From assembly GCA_030390025.1 (NCBI GenBank), contig CM059432.1:78370001-78434000 (forward strand): a stretch of DNA of 64,000 nt, in the 5' to 3' direction. The DNA is from Squalus acanthias. Lineage: Eukaryota. Shown here piece by piece: positions 34,500 through 47,224 of the stretch; positions within the stretch are counted from its first letter, which is position 1, and each line of letters opens with the position of its first letter. Both the position numbers and the translations under genes were made by a program. The notes under the pieces are model-generated. The model worked only from the letters and a program-made list of their open reading frames with translations. It ran no database searches and had not been told where the DNA came from.

Positions 34500-34955
34500 A
34501 GCATAGGTAGGAGGTGCAGTGGGTGAGTACCAATTGAGAAAGGAAGGTGAGATAGAAAGGGCAGGTACAGGAATCCCCTGCGAGCCTGGAATTGTCTAAC
34601 AGGTATAGAAGTGCTAGAAGTCTGTGATGCAGCTAAGGTTAATGAAACAAGGAACACCATGACACTGTGCAGCAAGTTATTACCCACGGAGAAGAAACTA
34701 AAAACAGTCATAAGTATTTGCAAACATCAACTATGGGCGATTATGATTAGAGGAATAGAAAGTCTTTTTACAACCTTGACTTGAGAGTTGCGTGTGTTGC
34801 GTTGCCTCCTAGGCAACAGGGCAAGGGAAAAATTGGAGTGGGTTGAAACATTTCTTGAAAGGAAGGGATAACATCCAGAAGTTATTGGACCCATGATGGG
34901 ACCAATAACATGGTAAAGAGTAGGATCAAACTCTTGCAAAGAGAATTTGAGGAGT
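34500..34955 (+). mobile_element. Degraded CR1 ORF1 (SGNH esterase-like) remnant
   Basis: Remnants LSNRY, G..MIRGI, VCC.., GTNNM in the expected order, frameshifted. Confidence 0.55.
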
Positions 34956-34956
34956 T

Positions 34957-35095
34957 ACATAGAATTACATAGAATTTTACAGCACAGAAATAGGCCATTC
35001 AGCCCAACAGGTCTATGCTGGTGTTAACGCTCCACATGAGCCTCCTCTCAACCTACATTTCTAACACTATCAGCATATCCTTTTATTCCTTATAC
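34957..35095 (-). mobile_element. CR1 3'UTR/tail fragment
   Basis: TTACATAGAA repeats plus CR1 3' hairpin region. Confidence 0.8.
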
Positions 35096-36089
35096 ATGTT
35101 AGCAGGAGGTGTTCTTAAAGCAGATGACATAGTCTGCATTTAGCGCTGCTTATTTTTGATCTGTGATTTGTTTTTTGAACATTACACTTGGTGGTTTCCT
35201 GCTGATGTGTATGTTCCTTATTCATTTCTGTTTTATGAATATAACATCTGTTACAATCAGGTGCAAGTAGGACTCAAACATTTATCTATAAAAAGGTGTT
35301 AGAAAACGAGTATGACACCTGAGATGTGGTGGACAGATGCACACACAACGTGCATTGTTATATAAAGGTAGATAGATATATGGATTTTTGTCTACATTTC
35401 CCAACGGGGATAGAATATTTTGCATTGAAAACACTTCCCCTACAATTATTTTAGTGCCATAGAACAGTTACTTCATGATTTTCTTGCAATAAACATAAAA
35501 AATGTATTTTTGTATAATGTTTGATTTTGGTGCAGAAGTACTTCCGCAGGCCTCAAAGCGACTTTCCATACAGATTAACATAAGTGGCTGATGAATCTCA
35601 GTGACAGGAATTGAAAACTCAACCCAGTGGCTATTTCAGACTGTCATTATGACTTTCTTTCTACAGGTTGCTTTACGTAAATTGTAGACATGTTAACTGT
35701 TTTGATATAAATGGAGATCTTATTTAAAGTAGTAGCAAACAAGCTAATTGTGAAAAGAAGAAAACTAACCTGTTTTGGTCAAATGGAGCCAACTTTAATT
35801 ATGAAAATGTATGCATGCAGGCAAGATACTAACATCTGATCACATCCATAGGAAGCAAAGAATTCTTACTTGCTTTATAGTGTACTTTCAAAAATGGTTG
35901 AGGATACATCATTATCTCATCACTGTTGTAACGATGCTTCTTATTTAATGAGTCTATACTTTCACTACATTGAGGTTTTTCTGGTTCACAGCCGGAACCA
36001 GTTTGCGGTAGTACTCAGACCAGCATATACTGTAATCTTTGTTTATTTGCCCTTGCCAATTTTCTCCTTTTCACACTTTTTCAGGGAAC

Positions 36090-36400
36090 ATTGACTCCTT
36101 CGTTGGGTACGGCTCCGTGGTCATTATTCATTGACAGTCAGCACAGTATTTGACAGGGGCATCACAGTCCAGCCCAATCTTGTCTTCGCCCAACATCCAC
36201 ACTTTTTTACTCAAGTGGCCATGAGTAGAAACCCTGCCTAATTTTCATACTCCCCAGAGCAGAGGTACTAAGGACAATTTTAGCGTTCCTACTTCCACCT
36301 CAGTTACGCTCAGCTCATGCAGCTGGGGATCAAACCAGTGACCTTCCTGGTCTGTACGGCTTAGATTAGCTGTTCACTCGATCAATTTAATGAGTAATCT
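36090..36400 (-). mobile_element. Old tRNA-like SINE
   Basis: Minus strand AGCCGTACAGACCAGGAAGGTCACTGGTTTGATCCCC (B-box-like) followed by a body shared with the ~27920 copy. Confidence 0.5.
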
Positions 36401-36471
36401 GACTTTTTAAACTCCATCTACAGCAAGCAGTATCTTTACCCTAGATGCTCTAATTGCTTTCTGTGAAAATT

Positions 36472-36915
36472 TTACATAGGATTACATAGGACAGAAACAG
36501 GCCATTCAGCCCAACCAGTTCAAGCCGGCGTTTATGCTCCACTCGAGCCTCCTCCCTCTTTCCTCATCTAAATCTATCAGCATAACCCTCTATTTCCTTC
36601 TCCCTCATATGCTTGTCTAGCCTCCACTTAAATGCATCTATACTATTCGCTTCAACCACTCCCTGTGGTAGCGAGTTCCACATTCTCATCACTCTTTGGG
36701 GAAAGAAGTTTCTTCTGAATTCCCTGTTGGATTTCTTGGTGACTATCTTATATTGATGGCCTCTAGTTATGCTCTTCCCCACAAATGGAAACATTCTCTC
36801 TGTATCCACTTTATCAAAACCTTTCATAATTTTAAAGACCTCTATTAGGTCACCCCTCAGCCTTCTTTTTTCAAGAGAAAAGAGACCCAGCCTGTTCATC
36901 CTTTCCTGATAGGTA
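36472..36915 (-). mobile_element. CR1 3' fragment
   Basis: ORF 36564-36899 is the CR1 ORF2 C-terminus; tail at ~36472-36490. Confidence 0.92.
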
Positions 36916-37019
36916 CAAAATCAAATAGTATTGCAGAGTTTGTGGCTAAATTAAGCTGGGCCGGGAGGATGGCAGCCCAGTACAAAATATCTTCTGGTAG
37001 CTCTCTGAGAAAGAGTATC

Positions 37020-37560
37020 ATGGGACTAAATTTAACGTTGCCACGCACCAAAAATGGGCGCAACGATAACCAATTCAGCAGGGCAGAGGCTTGCACCCAA
37101 TCTGCATGGTCATTTGGGCCACTGCTAAATTGGTCGGGGCCTTTATTTTTAGGTGACCTTTGGTGGCTGCCTGAAATGAGCACAGGCCTCATTTCAATAT
37201 TGAAATGAGGCTCCTGTGCCCATTTCAGACCAGGATGGCTAGATTTGTTTGCCCTAGTCAGAGTTTACACTGCGCAAGCTCCGACTAGTATTTCCAGGTC
37301 TTGCGTAGCCTAAACAGCAGTTCTAAAAAGGACCTCTGGAGGCTGCTAAAAAAGGCCCTAAACTTATAGGAGTGTAGCTTCTTGTGGAGTTGGAAAGAGC
37401 AGGAAAGCTCCTCTTGGCTCCACAAAACTACTGCGGGCTGCTGTTGGCCCGGCCTCGGCTCTCTCCTGATTGTCTTCCCCCCACCCCCACAATCCCGCAT
37501 TTACCTGTGGGCCTCAGTGTAGGCTATGTTTATAGTCTGCCTCACTAGTAAGTTCCAGTG
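37020..37560. mobile_element. Probable non-autonomous DNA transposon (MITE-like)
   Basis: 5' end (GGGACTAAATTTAACGTTGC...AAAAATGGGCGCAAC) resembles the ends of the element at 43738-47707; large internal palindrome; right end unclear. Confidence 0.45.
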
Positions 37561-37589
37561 TTAAGTATATCCCACTATGATTTGATCAT

Positions 37590-38376
37590 AATTACAAAGT
37601 TACAAAGTATTACAAAGTATTTACACCACAGAAACAGGCCATTTGTCCCAACAGGTCCATGCCGGTGTTTATGCTCCACACGAGCTTCCTCCCACCCCTC
37701 TTCATCTAACCCCATCAACATATCCTTCCATTCCTTTCTCCCTCATCTGCTTATCTAGCTTCCCCTTAAATGCATCTATGCTATTCGCCTCAACTACTCC
37801 TTGTGGTAGCAAGTTCCACATTCTAACCACTCTCTGGGTAAAGAAGCTTCTCCTGAATTTCCTATTGGATTTATTAGTGACTATCTTACATTTATGGCCC
37901 CTAGTTTTGCAAGTGGAAACATCTTCTCTATGTCTACCCTATCAAACCCTTTCATAATCTTAAAGACCTCTATCAGGTCATCCCTCAGCCTTCTCTTTTC
38001 TAGAGGAAAGAGCCCCAGCCTGTTCAGCCTTTCCTGATACGGTATAATCTCTTAGCTCTTGTATCATTCTAGTCAATCTTTTTTGCACCTTCTCCAGTGC
38101 TTTTATATCCTTTTTATAATATGGAGACCAGAACTGTTCACAGTGCTCCAAGTGTGGTCTAAACAAGGTTCGATACAAGTTTAACATAACTTCTCCGCTT
38201 TTCAATTCTACTCCTCTAGAAATGAACCCCAGTGCGTTGTTTGCTTTTTTATGGCCTTATTAACCTGCATCGCCACTTTTAGTGATTTGTGTATTTGTAC
38301 CCCCAGATCTCTTTGTTCCTCTACCCCATTTAGACGTTTATTTTCCAATTAGTATGTGGCCTCCTTATTCTTCCTA
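37590..38376 (-). mobile_element. CR1 3' fragment
   Basis: LYRTLFRPHLEHCEQFWSP motif; CR1 3'UTR; TTACAAAG-type tail. Confidence 0.92.
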
Positions 38377-39526
38377 AGATAAAATATAGAATCCCTCCTT
38401 TTATAGTCAGTTAGCTGTTGTGATGTTGGGCAATTCAGCTGTCCTCTGAGACATTGGCCCGGAATTTGCAATGAGATTAACAGTGAGGCTATCAGCACTC
38501 ACCGTTATAATGGAGTAAAACTGACAGCAACTTCTGGAGTACGTACATGCGCAGTTAAATGCAGAAATCCAGAAGTTGCAGTAAGAGATACCCTGCTTCT
38601 CCACAGGGTGCACTATTGCAGTACTCGCCGATAGACTTGGCATTCAAATGACTGCAACGGAGTGAGCTTGCTGTACTTGCCCACTAGTTCCCCACTAAAA
38701 ACAGCTGAAAAAGTTAGGGCTGGCGCATTCAGGAGTAACTGAGTTATTAACAGTGTGCTAAGTGATAATTACTGCTGAACAACCTCTCTGACCCTGAAAA
38801 ATTAATTTTACAAATGTGGAGTCTCATTCCCTCAGAAGAAAATTCGTGGTGGAGATTTTTTAAAGAAAAATTAAAATAACTTCTTTTTAACTTTTTCAGG
38901 TCTGTCTCTTTTATCTCTCTCTCATAATACCATCTGTAGTTCCCAATCTTTATTTTGCTTTCTGTACATCATTTAATTCTAATTTATATTTCCTGCTTTA
39001 TATTTCCTGGTTTGGACTCTGAGGCGGGATTGGAGGCGTGTGGGTGGTTAAAATTGCAAAAACTGGTGGGTGGGCCCAACCCCACCTCCATCCCGCCTCC
39101 AAGCAATTTTCATTAAATCGTGCCTACTGGACACGTCTCCGTCCCGCCTCCAAGAGGCGGGATAGTCCGTTAAAGCCCTTAACAAGCACTAAATTGCCTC
39201 TATAATGCCATTATGATAGGCCTTTGTGATTTTAACCCTTTTCCCACGTGAAGCACGCCTGTTCTGAAACACGACGGTGAAACCTGGCGGTAGCACAATT
39301 GGATTGCTGACTATCAGCTGCAGCTCAACCATTAAATAGGAGATTTGATCAGCCATCATTTGCAGGTGGCAGGACTTTGCTGTCTCAGGTCTGGGGGAAC
39401 TTTTAGAAGGCATAACCACAGCTGTGGAAGTTTGGAGCCTGACACCCATCTCCAGTGTGACCTCCTGGGAAACCCCTCTCGCCACCTTGACTGAGTGCTT
39501 CCTCAACTGAGGCATATACCAGAAGC

Positions 39527-40750
39527 ATGGGAGCCATTTATTTCCTTCCCTTCTGGACATCAGATGAGGACGAAGACCAGCCGTGGCACCAGCAGAACCA
39601 TGAACAACAGCAGCACCAACAGCAGCAGCACCAACAGCAGCAGCAACAACAGGAGCGCCAAGCTGCTGCTCACCCACCTGAAGCTGCACAGGCCAGAAGG
39701 GGCCAGCGCATGGAAGCCCGTCGGCGCAGGAGATACCCCCCAAACAGGGTCTACAGACACAGGGTCAGCTACCTCAACATGTCTGAGCAGCAGTGCCAAA
39801 GGCGGCTCCGACTTTTGCGAGAGGTAGTGGGTGACATCTACGCAATGCTGCAAGACCTAGAGCCCAGAGGACCAGGTGGACAACCCTTACCAGTGGCCGT
39901 CAAAGTCACCGCCGCACTCAACTTTTTTGCCTCAGGCTCATTCCAGGGATCAGCAGCAGACATCAGCGGCATCTCCCAGGCGGCCGCACACACTTGCATC
40001 ATGCAGGTAACCGATGCCCTCTTTGCCATCGCGCACAATCACATCCATTTCAACAAGGATCAAGCAAGTGTCACGGCGCGTGCGGTTGGATTAGCTAAAC
40101 TGGCAGGCTTTCCAAGGGTGCAGGGCGTCGTTGACTGCACACATGTGGCCCTTAAGGCACCCCATCGCAATCCAGGTATTTTTGTCAACCGCAAGGACTT
40201 CCACTCCCTTAACGTTCAGCTGGTGTGTGACCACAAGAAGGAAATTTTACATGTTTGTGCCAAGTACCCTGGCAGTTCCCATGACTCCTTCATACTGCGC
40301 CAGTCTAGTGTGCCTCCGCTATTCAGTCCGCCAGACCAACTTAACAGATGGCTACTTGGAGACAAAGGCTATCCCCTGAAGACGTGGCTAATGACGTCAT
40401 TGAGGAGCCCATCCAACGAAGCTGAGGAGAGCTACAACTCCAGCCACATGTCCACCAGAGCCATAATCGAGCAAACCATCGGTTTGCTGAAGATGCGCTT
40501 CAGATGCCTGGATAGATCAGGTGGAGCCCTGCAGTACTCAGCAGTCAGGGTCTCCAGAATCATCGTGGTTTGCTGTGCACTTCACAACATGGCACAGCAT
40601 CGTGGCTTGCAGATTCCTGAGGACCAAGTGGCTCGTCACATATCCTCCTCAGATGAGGAGGAGGAGGAGGAGAGCGAAAACGAATATCTTGCAGAGGCCC
40701 ATCAACCAGCGGCAGCAGTACGCGAGAACATTGCTGCCCGGGATGCATGA
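39527..40750 (+). CDS. Harbinger DDE transposase (HARBI1-like), nearly intact
   Basis: Motifs [51 protein letters not shown]-terminal polyQ; probable late frameshift removing NALILARFA*. Confidence 0.92.
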   Translation: MGAIYFLPFWTSDEDEDQPWHQQNHEQQQHQQQQHQQQQQQQERQAAAHPPEAAQARRGQRMEARRRRRYPPNRVYRHRVSYLNMSEQQCQRRLRLLREVVGDIYAMLQDLEPRGPGGQPLPVAVKVTAALNFFASGSFQGSAADISGISQAAAHTCIMQVTDALFAIAHNHIHFNKDQASVTARAVGLAKLAGFPRVQGVVDCTHVALKAPHRNPGIFVNRKDFHSLNVQLVCDHKKEILHVCAKYPGSSHDSFILRQSSVPPLFSPPDQLNRWLLGDKGYPLKTWLMTSLRSPSNEAEESYNSSHMSTRAIIEQTIGLLKMRFRCLDRSGGALQYSAVRVSRIIVVCCALHNMAQHRGLQIPEDQVARHISSSDEEEEEESENEYLAEAHQPAAAVRENIAARDA

Positions 40751-41036
40751 ACGCACTCATCTTGGCCAGATTTGCTTAGCCTAGCCAATCAAGCACTTTT
40801 GCCTCGCAGCTTCTTACCTGAGCATCGACAATGGCCAAGAACCAACGGATTCCTAGCAATTTGAACACCATACTGACAATTGCAAGTAATCCTAAGCCCC
40901 CAATGTGGAAGTCCCATTCGCGAAATGACACACACCACAACTACAGCAGTAGCCATCAGATTTTTTATTTACAGTAATCATCTGATGGCTTTTTAACATA
41001 AAACATCAAAATTCACCCAAGTGACTACCCTTGTGA

Positions 41037-43016
41037 CTATTTGTGCACTATCTTCTTACGCGTGCTCCTACGTGGTGCTTCCCCTGTGGCTTCAGCAGAT
41101 GTGGAGGCCCCTTGCTCACTTTCTTGCTGCTCCTGTCTTGACACCTTTGGCGGGCGTCCTCTGGGTTTGCGAACCAGTGAGGGCTCGCCAACAGTCTGCT
41201 GCTCCTGCGGCTGTGCAGGGGTTGAGACACCGATATCATTTGGCTGCGGACTCTGGTGGGGCTTTCACCGAGGACTTGTCAGTGGCATGGAAGTGTGAGC
41301 GCTTGGAGAGGAGCCCCCACTTCCTTGTTCTCTGCAAACAACATCCCTCTCATGGGTCAGGTCCACCTCAGCGCTTGCAAGTGGATTGAGAGCACCTTGC
41401 TGCACATCAGGGGGGCCATGGGGACCCGTATCTGCACTGGAAGTCCTACTCAGAAGGACTTCCATGAAGGTCTGGTTTCTGTGTTCAATAGATGACCATC
41501 GCTCCTCAAGAGATGTCATTCTATTCTGAACACTCACCATGTTTTCTGCACTCTGGCGACTTATCTCCTCCATGGCCACAGCCATCCTCTCATCTACTGT
41601 AGCCATCCTTTCGACGGAGGTTGCCATCATTTGCACGGAGGTTGCCATCCTTTCCGTGGTGATGCGTTCATGCGCCAATGACTCCACAAAGGCTCTGCTC
41701 ATGTTCGCAATGGACTCCTCCATTCGCTCCACACTCGCACCGACCCTGGAGACAAAACCTGCCAGAGACTCCTGCCTCTGTTCCTGGAGTTCCAGCACCG
41801 CTGATCTTATGGATGGACCCAGAGGCAGAGGGTCGACATGCAGCTGAGCTGAGCTGTGAGAGTCCTTGCGCCCTCCAACTAGGACTCTCCACTGCTGTCC
41901 CTGTCTCCACCATCTGCTGATGCTCACTTGTGAGCTGTGATACACCAGGTGACAACACTACTCTATCTCGCGATGTTCCCTCCGAGGTGTGAGTGTCTGC
42001 GCTGGTGCTGGGTGCGCTGAATTCTGCTGACGCTGCGCCCTCAGAGGTTGCAGCTTCCTCTGAGGAGTCTTGAGGCTCATGCTCTTCCTCCTGGATAGTG
42101 GGGATGGGGGCTTGCGATGGTCCTGGGGGGGTGTAAAGGAAAGAGTCAGAGATGTGAGGCCAAGGTTACATGCACATTGCATATTGCAGATGATCATAAG
42201 TCCATTTGTTAGAGCTTCAGAATCATTATCAGCGACTCATGTAATGTCATTGAGAGAGATGGAAAACTATTCTGTCACCAGCTTGCTGTGATGCGCCCGT
42301 CTGTCCGTCCCCCACTTGGGAATCTTCCTCCACTCCCACCATCTCCAGGACCGCCTCCTCCCAGGTGGTGAGCTGGGCTACTGAGGGTGGCCCTCCTCCT
42401 GTGCTCGCTCTTTCCCTCTTATTGTGCGCTCTCTTTTCCTGCAATGAGGGAGACAAGTGGAGTTTGAGTGAGAATGTAGGAGTGAGTGTAGAGAATCCAT
42501 AGCATAGATGCTTAGAAGGAGACAAAGATGGAGTGAGGTGGCAAGACCAAGGGCCCTCCCTGTGTGTTGTAAGTTGTAATTGCATCAGTGATAGGGAATG
42601 TGAGGGCTGCATAGTCGAATAGTTCGGTGAATGTGACCATAGAGAGAGAGGGAATGGGTAAGGGTGCAGGGATGTCAGTGTCAAGTGGGATGTGGAGGAA
42701 GAGATTGCTAAAGCTGAGTGCTGGTGAGGAGAGGCAATGGGGATCAGATTGAGGGTGATGGGAAATTCATACTCACTTTTCCAGTGCGCAGAAGGTCATG
42801 AAGCCTCTTCCTGCACTGAAGCCAGGTTCTGTGGGTTATTGACAAAGAGTTGACCTCCTCTGCCAACTGGATCCACACAGCCTTGGTTTGCTGGGGAGGC
42901 TTCTTCCTCCCTGAAGAAGCGAAGAGCACCTCTTTGTTTGCTCTTGCTCCCTCTACTAAAGCCTGCAGGGCAACGTCATCAAAGCGGGGTGCAGACCTAG
43001 GTCTCTGGCTGCCCAT
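41037..43016 (-). pseudogene. Harbinger Myb/SANT-like DNA-binding protein, 3 exons (43016-42777, 42438-42279, 42122-41037)
   Basis: RSAPRF..W..LAEEVN..RTWLQCRKRLHDL; GT-AG junctions join in frame (EKRAHNKRERASTGGG); one frameshift at ~41865 and an in-frame TGA at 41265-41267. Confidence 0.85.
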
Positions 43017-44065
43017 TCTTCCTGCAGGTGCCTCTAACATGCAAGGGCAAAAGCTTGGCAGTCTGCAGAAGAAGCAAGGCTTGTTGCAGACCTTAAATGC
43101 AGCAGCAATGATGACGTCATCGGAGGCGACTTTCAGACTGGAAAATCTCACTGGCCATGGGTTCCCACACTTTGGAACTCAATTGGCCAATTAGGTTAAA
43201 ATGGCATCATTCTCCCACATCAATTTAGAATCGGGTGGCTAACACGAAATGTGGATTACACGACCCCAGCCCGCCCCAGTATCAAAATCCAGCCCTGCGT
43301 CTCTCAGTGAGGATTTTTCAATCTGATTGGTTAAAGAGCCTCCCTGCAGCTTTGCCTGCTCACAGACACCACAGATCCCCTGTAGAGGGCGCCGTGATGG
43401 AAAAGACACCGGATTAGAGGAAATCTCCGCTGACAAGCCCATGAAAAGTCTGTGGGCAGCTCTCAGCGGGGTGAACGGCGAGCATCGTTTCTTCGCCGCT
43501 GAGAACAAAATCCAAGCCAATAAGGCTCCTCTCTGAGGACACCTACACTAAATCATCATTAGTGGTCATTTTCTTCTTTCTTCAGTTGTCTTCTTCTAGT
43601 CTTAGCTTAACTAAACTTGCTCATGCATTAGTTCTCTGTATGTTACGACACTATATCCTCAGTGCTTAAAGACTTAAGCTATTGACTAACCGTGCTAATA
43701 CACTTTGCAGTTTTTACTTATGTTCTATTAAACACGTAGACCGAGAAATTCGGTAGCTCCCAAAAACGGGTGCAGGGATCGCGATGCGATATCAACCTGC
43801 GCCCATTCGGAGGACTGCAGGCAGGACGCAAAATTTGTGCTGCCTGCTACTCTGCATGGTTATAGCATTCAGCCGAGCACTGAACGCGCTGCTTAATGGC
43901 TGAACACTCAGCAGGGGGCCCAAGTTCATGCGAAGTCTAGCTCCAAGTAAAACTAGCCTGTACAACTGAAAGGCAGTCTGCACCTCTTAAAGGGAAGGTG
44001 TCTTCTGCCTGCAACAGGTGCTGGACATGCTTGTGGAGGCTACGGTCAGCAAGAGGCACTGAGTA

Positions 44066-45950
44066 ATGGTTCAACAGGCCAGAGAAAGAGCACCAAGGTT
44101 CTCCGATGCAGCACGGGAGGCGTTGGTCCAGGAGGTCAACTCCAGCAGAGAGGTTCTCTTCCCACAGGGGTCCAAGAGACCCTCCAAGGCAACAGACAAG
44201 AATGCAGTGGGAGCAGATAGCCAATGTGGCCAATGCCAGCAGTATAGCCGCGAGGACCTGGACTCAGTGCAAGAAGAAGTTTAATGACCTCACACGTGTG
44301 GACAAGGTCAGTGAATTCATCTTGAAATGCCATATCTCATCATCTGCACCAGTAGTCACACACTGCTCAATGCACCACACACACATCACTCACCTACCAA
44401 CAGTCTCTACCAAACACGACTCAGACCTCACATTCATAACTTTACCTCACCTGCACACACTTACCACTGCTGCAAGCCTCACACCCACATCTCTCAGCTT
44501 GAACACACTGTCAGCTGTTCAACCATGACAGCCACATCACCCAAACACATTACATCACACTCACTGACACACTTCCCTTTCTCTTGCAGGAAAAAGTGGC
44601 ATATAATCGCAGGCAGCAGACCTGAACCAGCGGGGGACAGACTTGTCCGCATCACCTCACCCCCTTGGATGAATGATGCTGACCATTCTTGGCAGGGGCA
44701 TGGCTGAGTCCGTGTCCAGCGACGGGGCTGAAGGAATACAAGATGCCGGTATTCTCATATGTTATCCTGCTTCTCACATCCCACTTCCCCCTCATCCCAC
44801 AATCTCTACTAATTTACAATCTGCACATGGTGTAAACATGCAGCTCTTGCTTCACCCCTCCCCTCACCTCAACCTAACCCTTGTGTCTTTCTAATTTCAG
44901 ACATCCAAGTAATCCAGCCTGCCCAGCCAATTGCCACACAACAAGAGGGAGAGGAGAGTCAAGAAGAAGAAGAAAAACCATCACTCAATTTAACATTCCC
45001 AGCCAACAGCTCAGATACTGACACTCTGTGTTCTTTAGAGGATAGGTTAGATGCGGGATCTGCACGTGGTGAGACACAGGGCAGGAGTGGCCTGCAGCCA
45101 GGGTAAGGGAAAAGGGTAGCTCAGGTGTCAGCTCCCCGGAGGGTGAGGTTACACATGGGTTCTGCTGCACAGGACTCAGATGAAGATCTCGATGGGGCGG
45201 CCTACAGAAGAACGCTGATGGGTAGGCACAACGAAATGCTTGGTGCATTGACAGGCCTGCCAGAAAGCCTGAGTCAAGGATCATGGAGCAGTCCAGCTCC
45301 AGCCTTGCACATGACTTTGTGCAGAGCTTGCAGTCCATCCTTTCCAGCGTGGAAGGGCTGGGCAGAACCATTAGCACACTTGTGGACCCAACCATCATGC
45401 CACATCTGATGGCCAAAGTCTCAGCTTCTATTGCAGCACAAGCAGAAGCCACCCAACGTCTGAGTGCTGCAATGGAAGCTCAGACTAAAGTCATGCAAGC
45501 ACAGACTGCTGCCATCATGGCTGGGTTTACTAGTGTTGAAAGGGGCTTGCAGGGTTTCACAGCAGTCCAGCAGTCTGTACTCCAGCAGATTACTAGGATT
45601 GCTGAGGCGCTGCCCCTGGGTAGTGGCAATGGATCCGTGGAGGACGAACCTGCTGTCCTCTCTCAGGATGACAGCATTCATCCTCCCAACACTGCCACTC
45701 CACCAGTGCCCTTGCTGTTGCCTGTCAGCCAGCCAGACCAGACTGCTGCCGCCCATGCCGAGGTGGTGCAGTCCAAAGCCGGGCCTAGTAGGCCTTGAGG
45801 TCGTCCTGCAAGGCCATCTGCAGTGTCCCCCAATGAAAGTCAGCAGCCTTCCACCAGCCATGCTGCAGCCACTGGGGTAGCATTGTGTGACATCAGTAGG
45901 ATAAGCAAAGGCACACACAAGATACGCACAAAGGGAATGCACAAGGGTGA
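44066..45950 (+). pseudogene. Harbinger Myb/SANT-like gene, frameshifted, 3 exons
   Basis: RERAPRFSD...WEQIA...RTWTQCKKKFNDL; donor ~44308; acceptors ~44590 and ~44900; coiled-coil C-terminal part. Confidence 0.82.
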
Positions 45951-46123
45951 TTAGTTGAATTTTTGATGTAATATTGGATGGATAGATGGATAAAGTTTTA
46001 TTGGAAAGTTTGCATTGTGGTGGCTTTTATTTCAGCATTGTGGCCAAGTTGACGCAGTGATGGTCAATAATAGAGGGAAGGTAAGGTGTCGGACTAATGT
46101 TGAAAGGGGAATTGGGGTTGCAT

Positions 46124-47224
46124 TCACTTGTACCGGAGGTGGATGATGCTATCCCAGATATCCTGGCCAGAAAGGGGCTGTCTGGGTTGCCTCTTTCCTT
46201 CTGTTTCCTCCTCCTCTGCCTCCTCCTTTTCCTCCTCCTCCTCCTCCTCCTCCTCCTTCTCCTCCTGCTCCTGAGCTGATGGCTGTATCCCTGGTAGCCA
46301 GGGTTGTGCCCTCATAATGGCCAGGTTGTGGAGGATACAGCAGACCACAACGAATTGGGACATACGCTCCGGTGAGTATTGTAGGGCTCCCCTAGAGAGT
46401 TCCAGGCAGTGGAAGGGTTGTTTAAGGACGCCAATGGTCTGCTCTATTATGTTTCCTGTTGCAGCATGGCTCTCGTATGCATGCTGCCCACGTGTGGTTG
46501 GGTTGCAGAGCAGAGTCATGAGCCAGGTGGTCAAGGGATAGCCCTTGTCACCCTGTAGCCACCCTCTGATTTGTCTTGGTGGCTCAAATTCGGACTGGTG
46601 CAGGATACTGGGCATTCACTATCATGATGTGCTAAGCATGGTCGCATACCAACTGCACATTCAGTGGTAACCTTTGCGGTTGCGGTACATCTCAGCATTT
46701 ATATACGGTGCCCGGAAAGCCACGTGTGTGCAGTCGATGGCACCCTGCACCATGGGTAAGTCCGCTATCCTAGCAAAGCCACATGCACGCTCCATCTGTT
46801 TCTCTCTGGTCAGAGAGAAAACAATGAAGTCCCCTCTCCTGGCATAAAGAGCTTCTGTTACCTCTCTAATGCAACAGTGGACAGTGAACTGCGAGATGTT
46901 ACATATGTCGCCTGCTCCAGCCTGGAAGGATCTCGACATGAAGAAATTCAGGGCTATGGTCACCTTCACAGTCACTGGCAGCGCTGTCCTTGCCCTGGAG
47001 TGGACTGTAGGTCTGGTTGCAAGAGGTGGCAGAGTTTTGTGAGCACCTCCTTTGTAAATCGCAGACGCCTCAGACACTGCTCTTGGCTCAGGTTGAGGTG
47101 GGTAAGGCCTCCTGCCAAGTGCCCGTTTCCCCCTTCTCCTCCTCCCTCTGCGAGCAGCTTGTCCTCTTTGCTCCATCTCCCTGTCATGCTGCAGGCCAAG
47201 GGGGATGACAACTAGAGCACCCAT
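46124..47224 (-). pseudogene. Harbinger DDE transposase pseudogene
   Basis: VQGAIDCTHV, NRKGYH*, WLQGDKGYPL, IIEQTIG and CCILHN in different frames; acidic tail. Confidence 0.9.

Larger units (their letters stand above)
39022..43295. mobile_element. PIF/Harbinger transposon 1 (transposase plus Myb/SANT gene, convergent)
   Basis: Two-gene layout typical of Harbinger; right end AAAATCCAGCCC; left end AGGCGGGATT is an imperfect match. Confidence 0.88.
38456..43518. mobile_element. Outer ~790-bp Harbinger-type MITE (38456-39021 plus 43296-43518) split by an autonomous-type Harbinger
   Basis: Imperfect TIRs GGCCCGGAATTTG / GGCTTGGATTTTG; flanks ATT/AAT; subterminal hairpins and AT-rich core like the other MITEs. 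Confidence 0.65.

Noticed and set aside
39527..40750. Domesticated host gene HARBI1
   Set aside because: Lies within transposon ends next to a decaying Myb partner gene; better explained as a transposon copy
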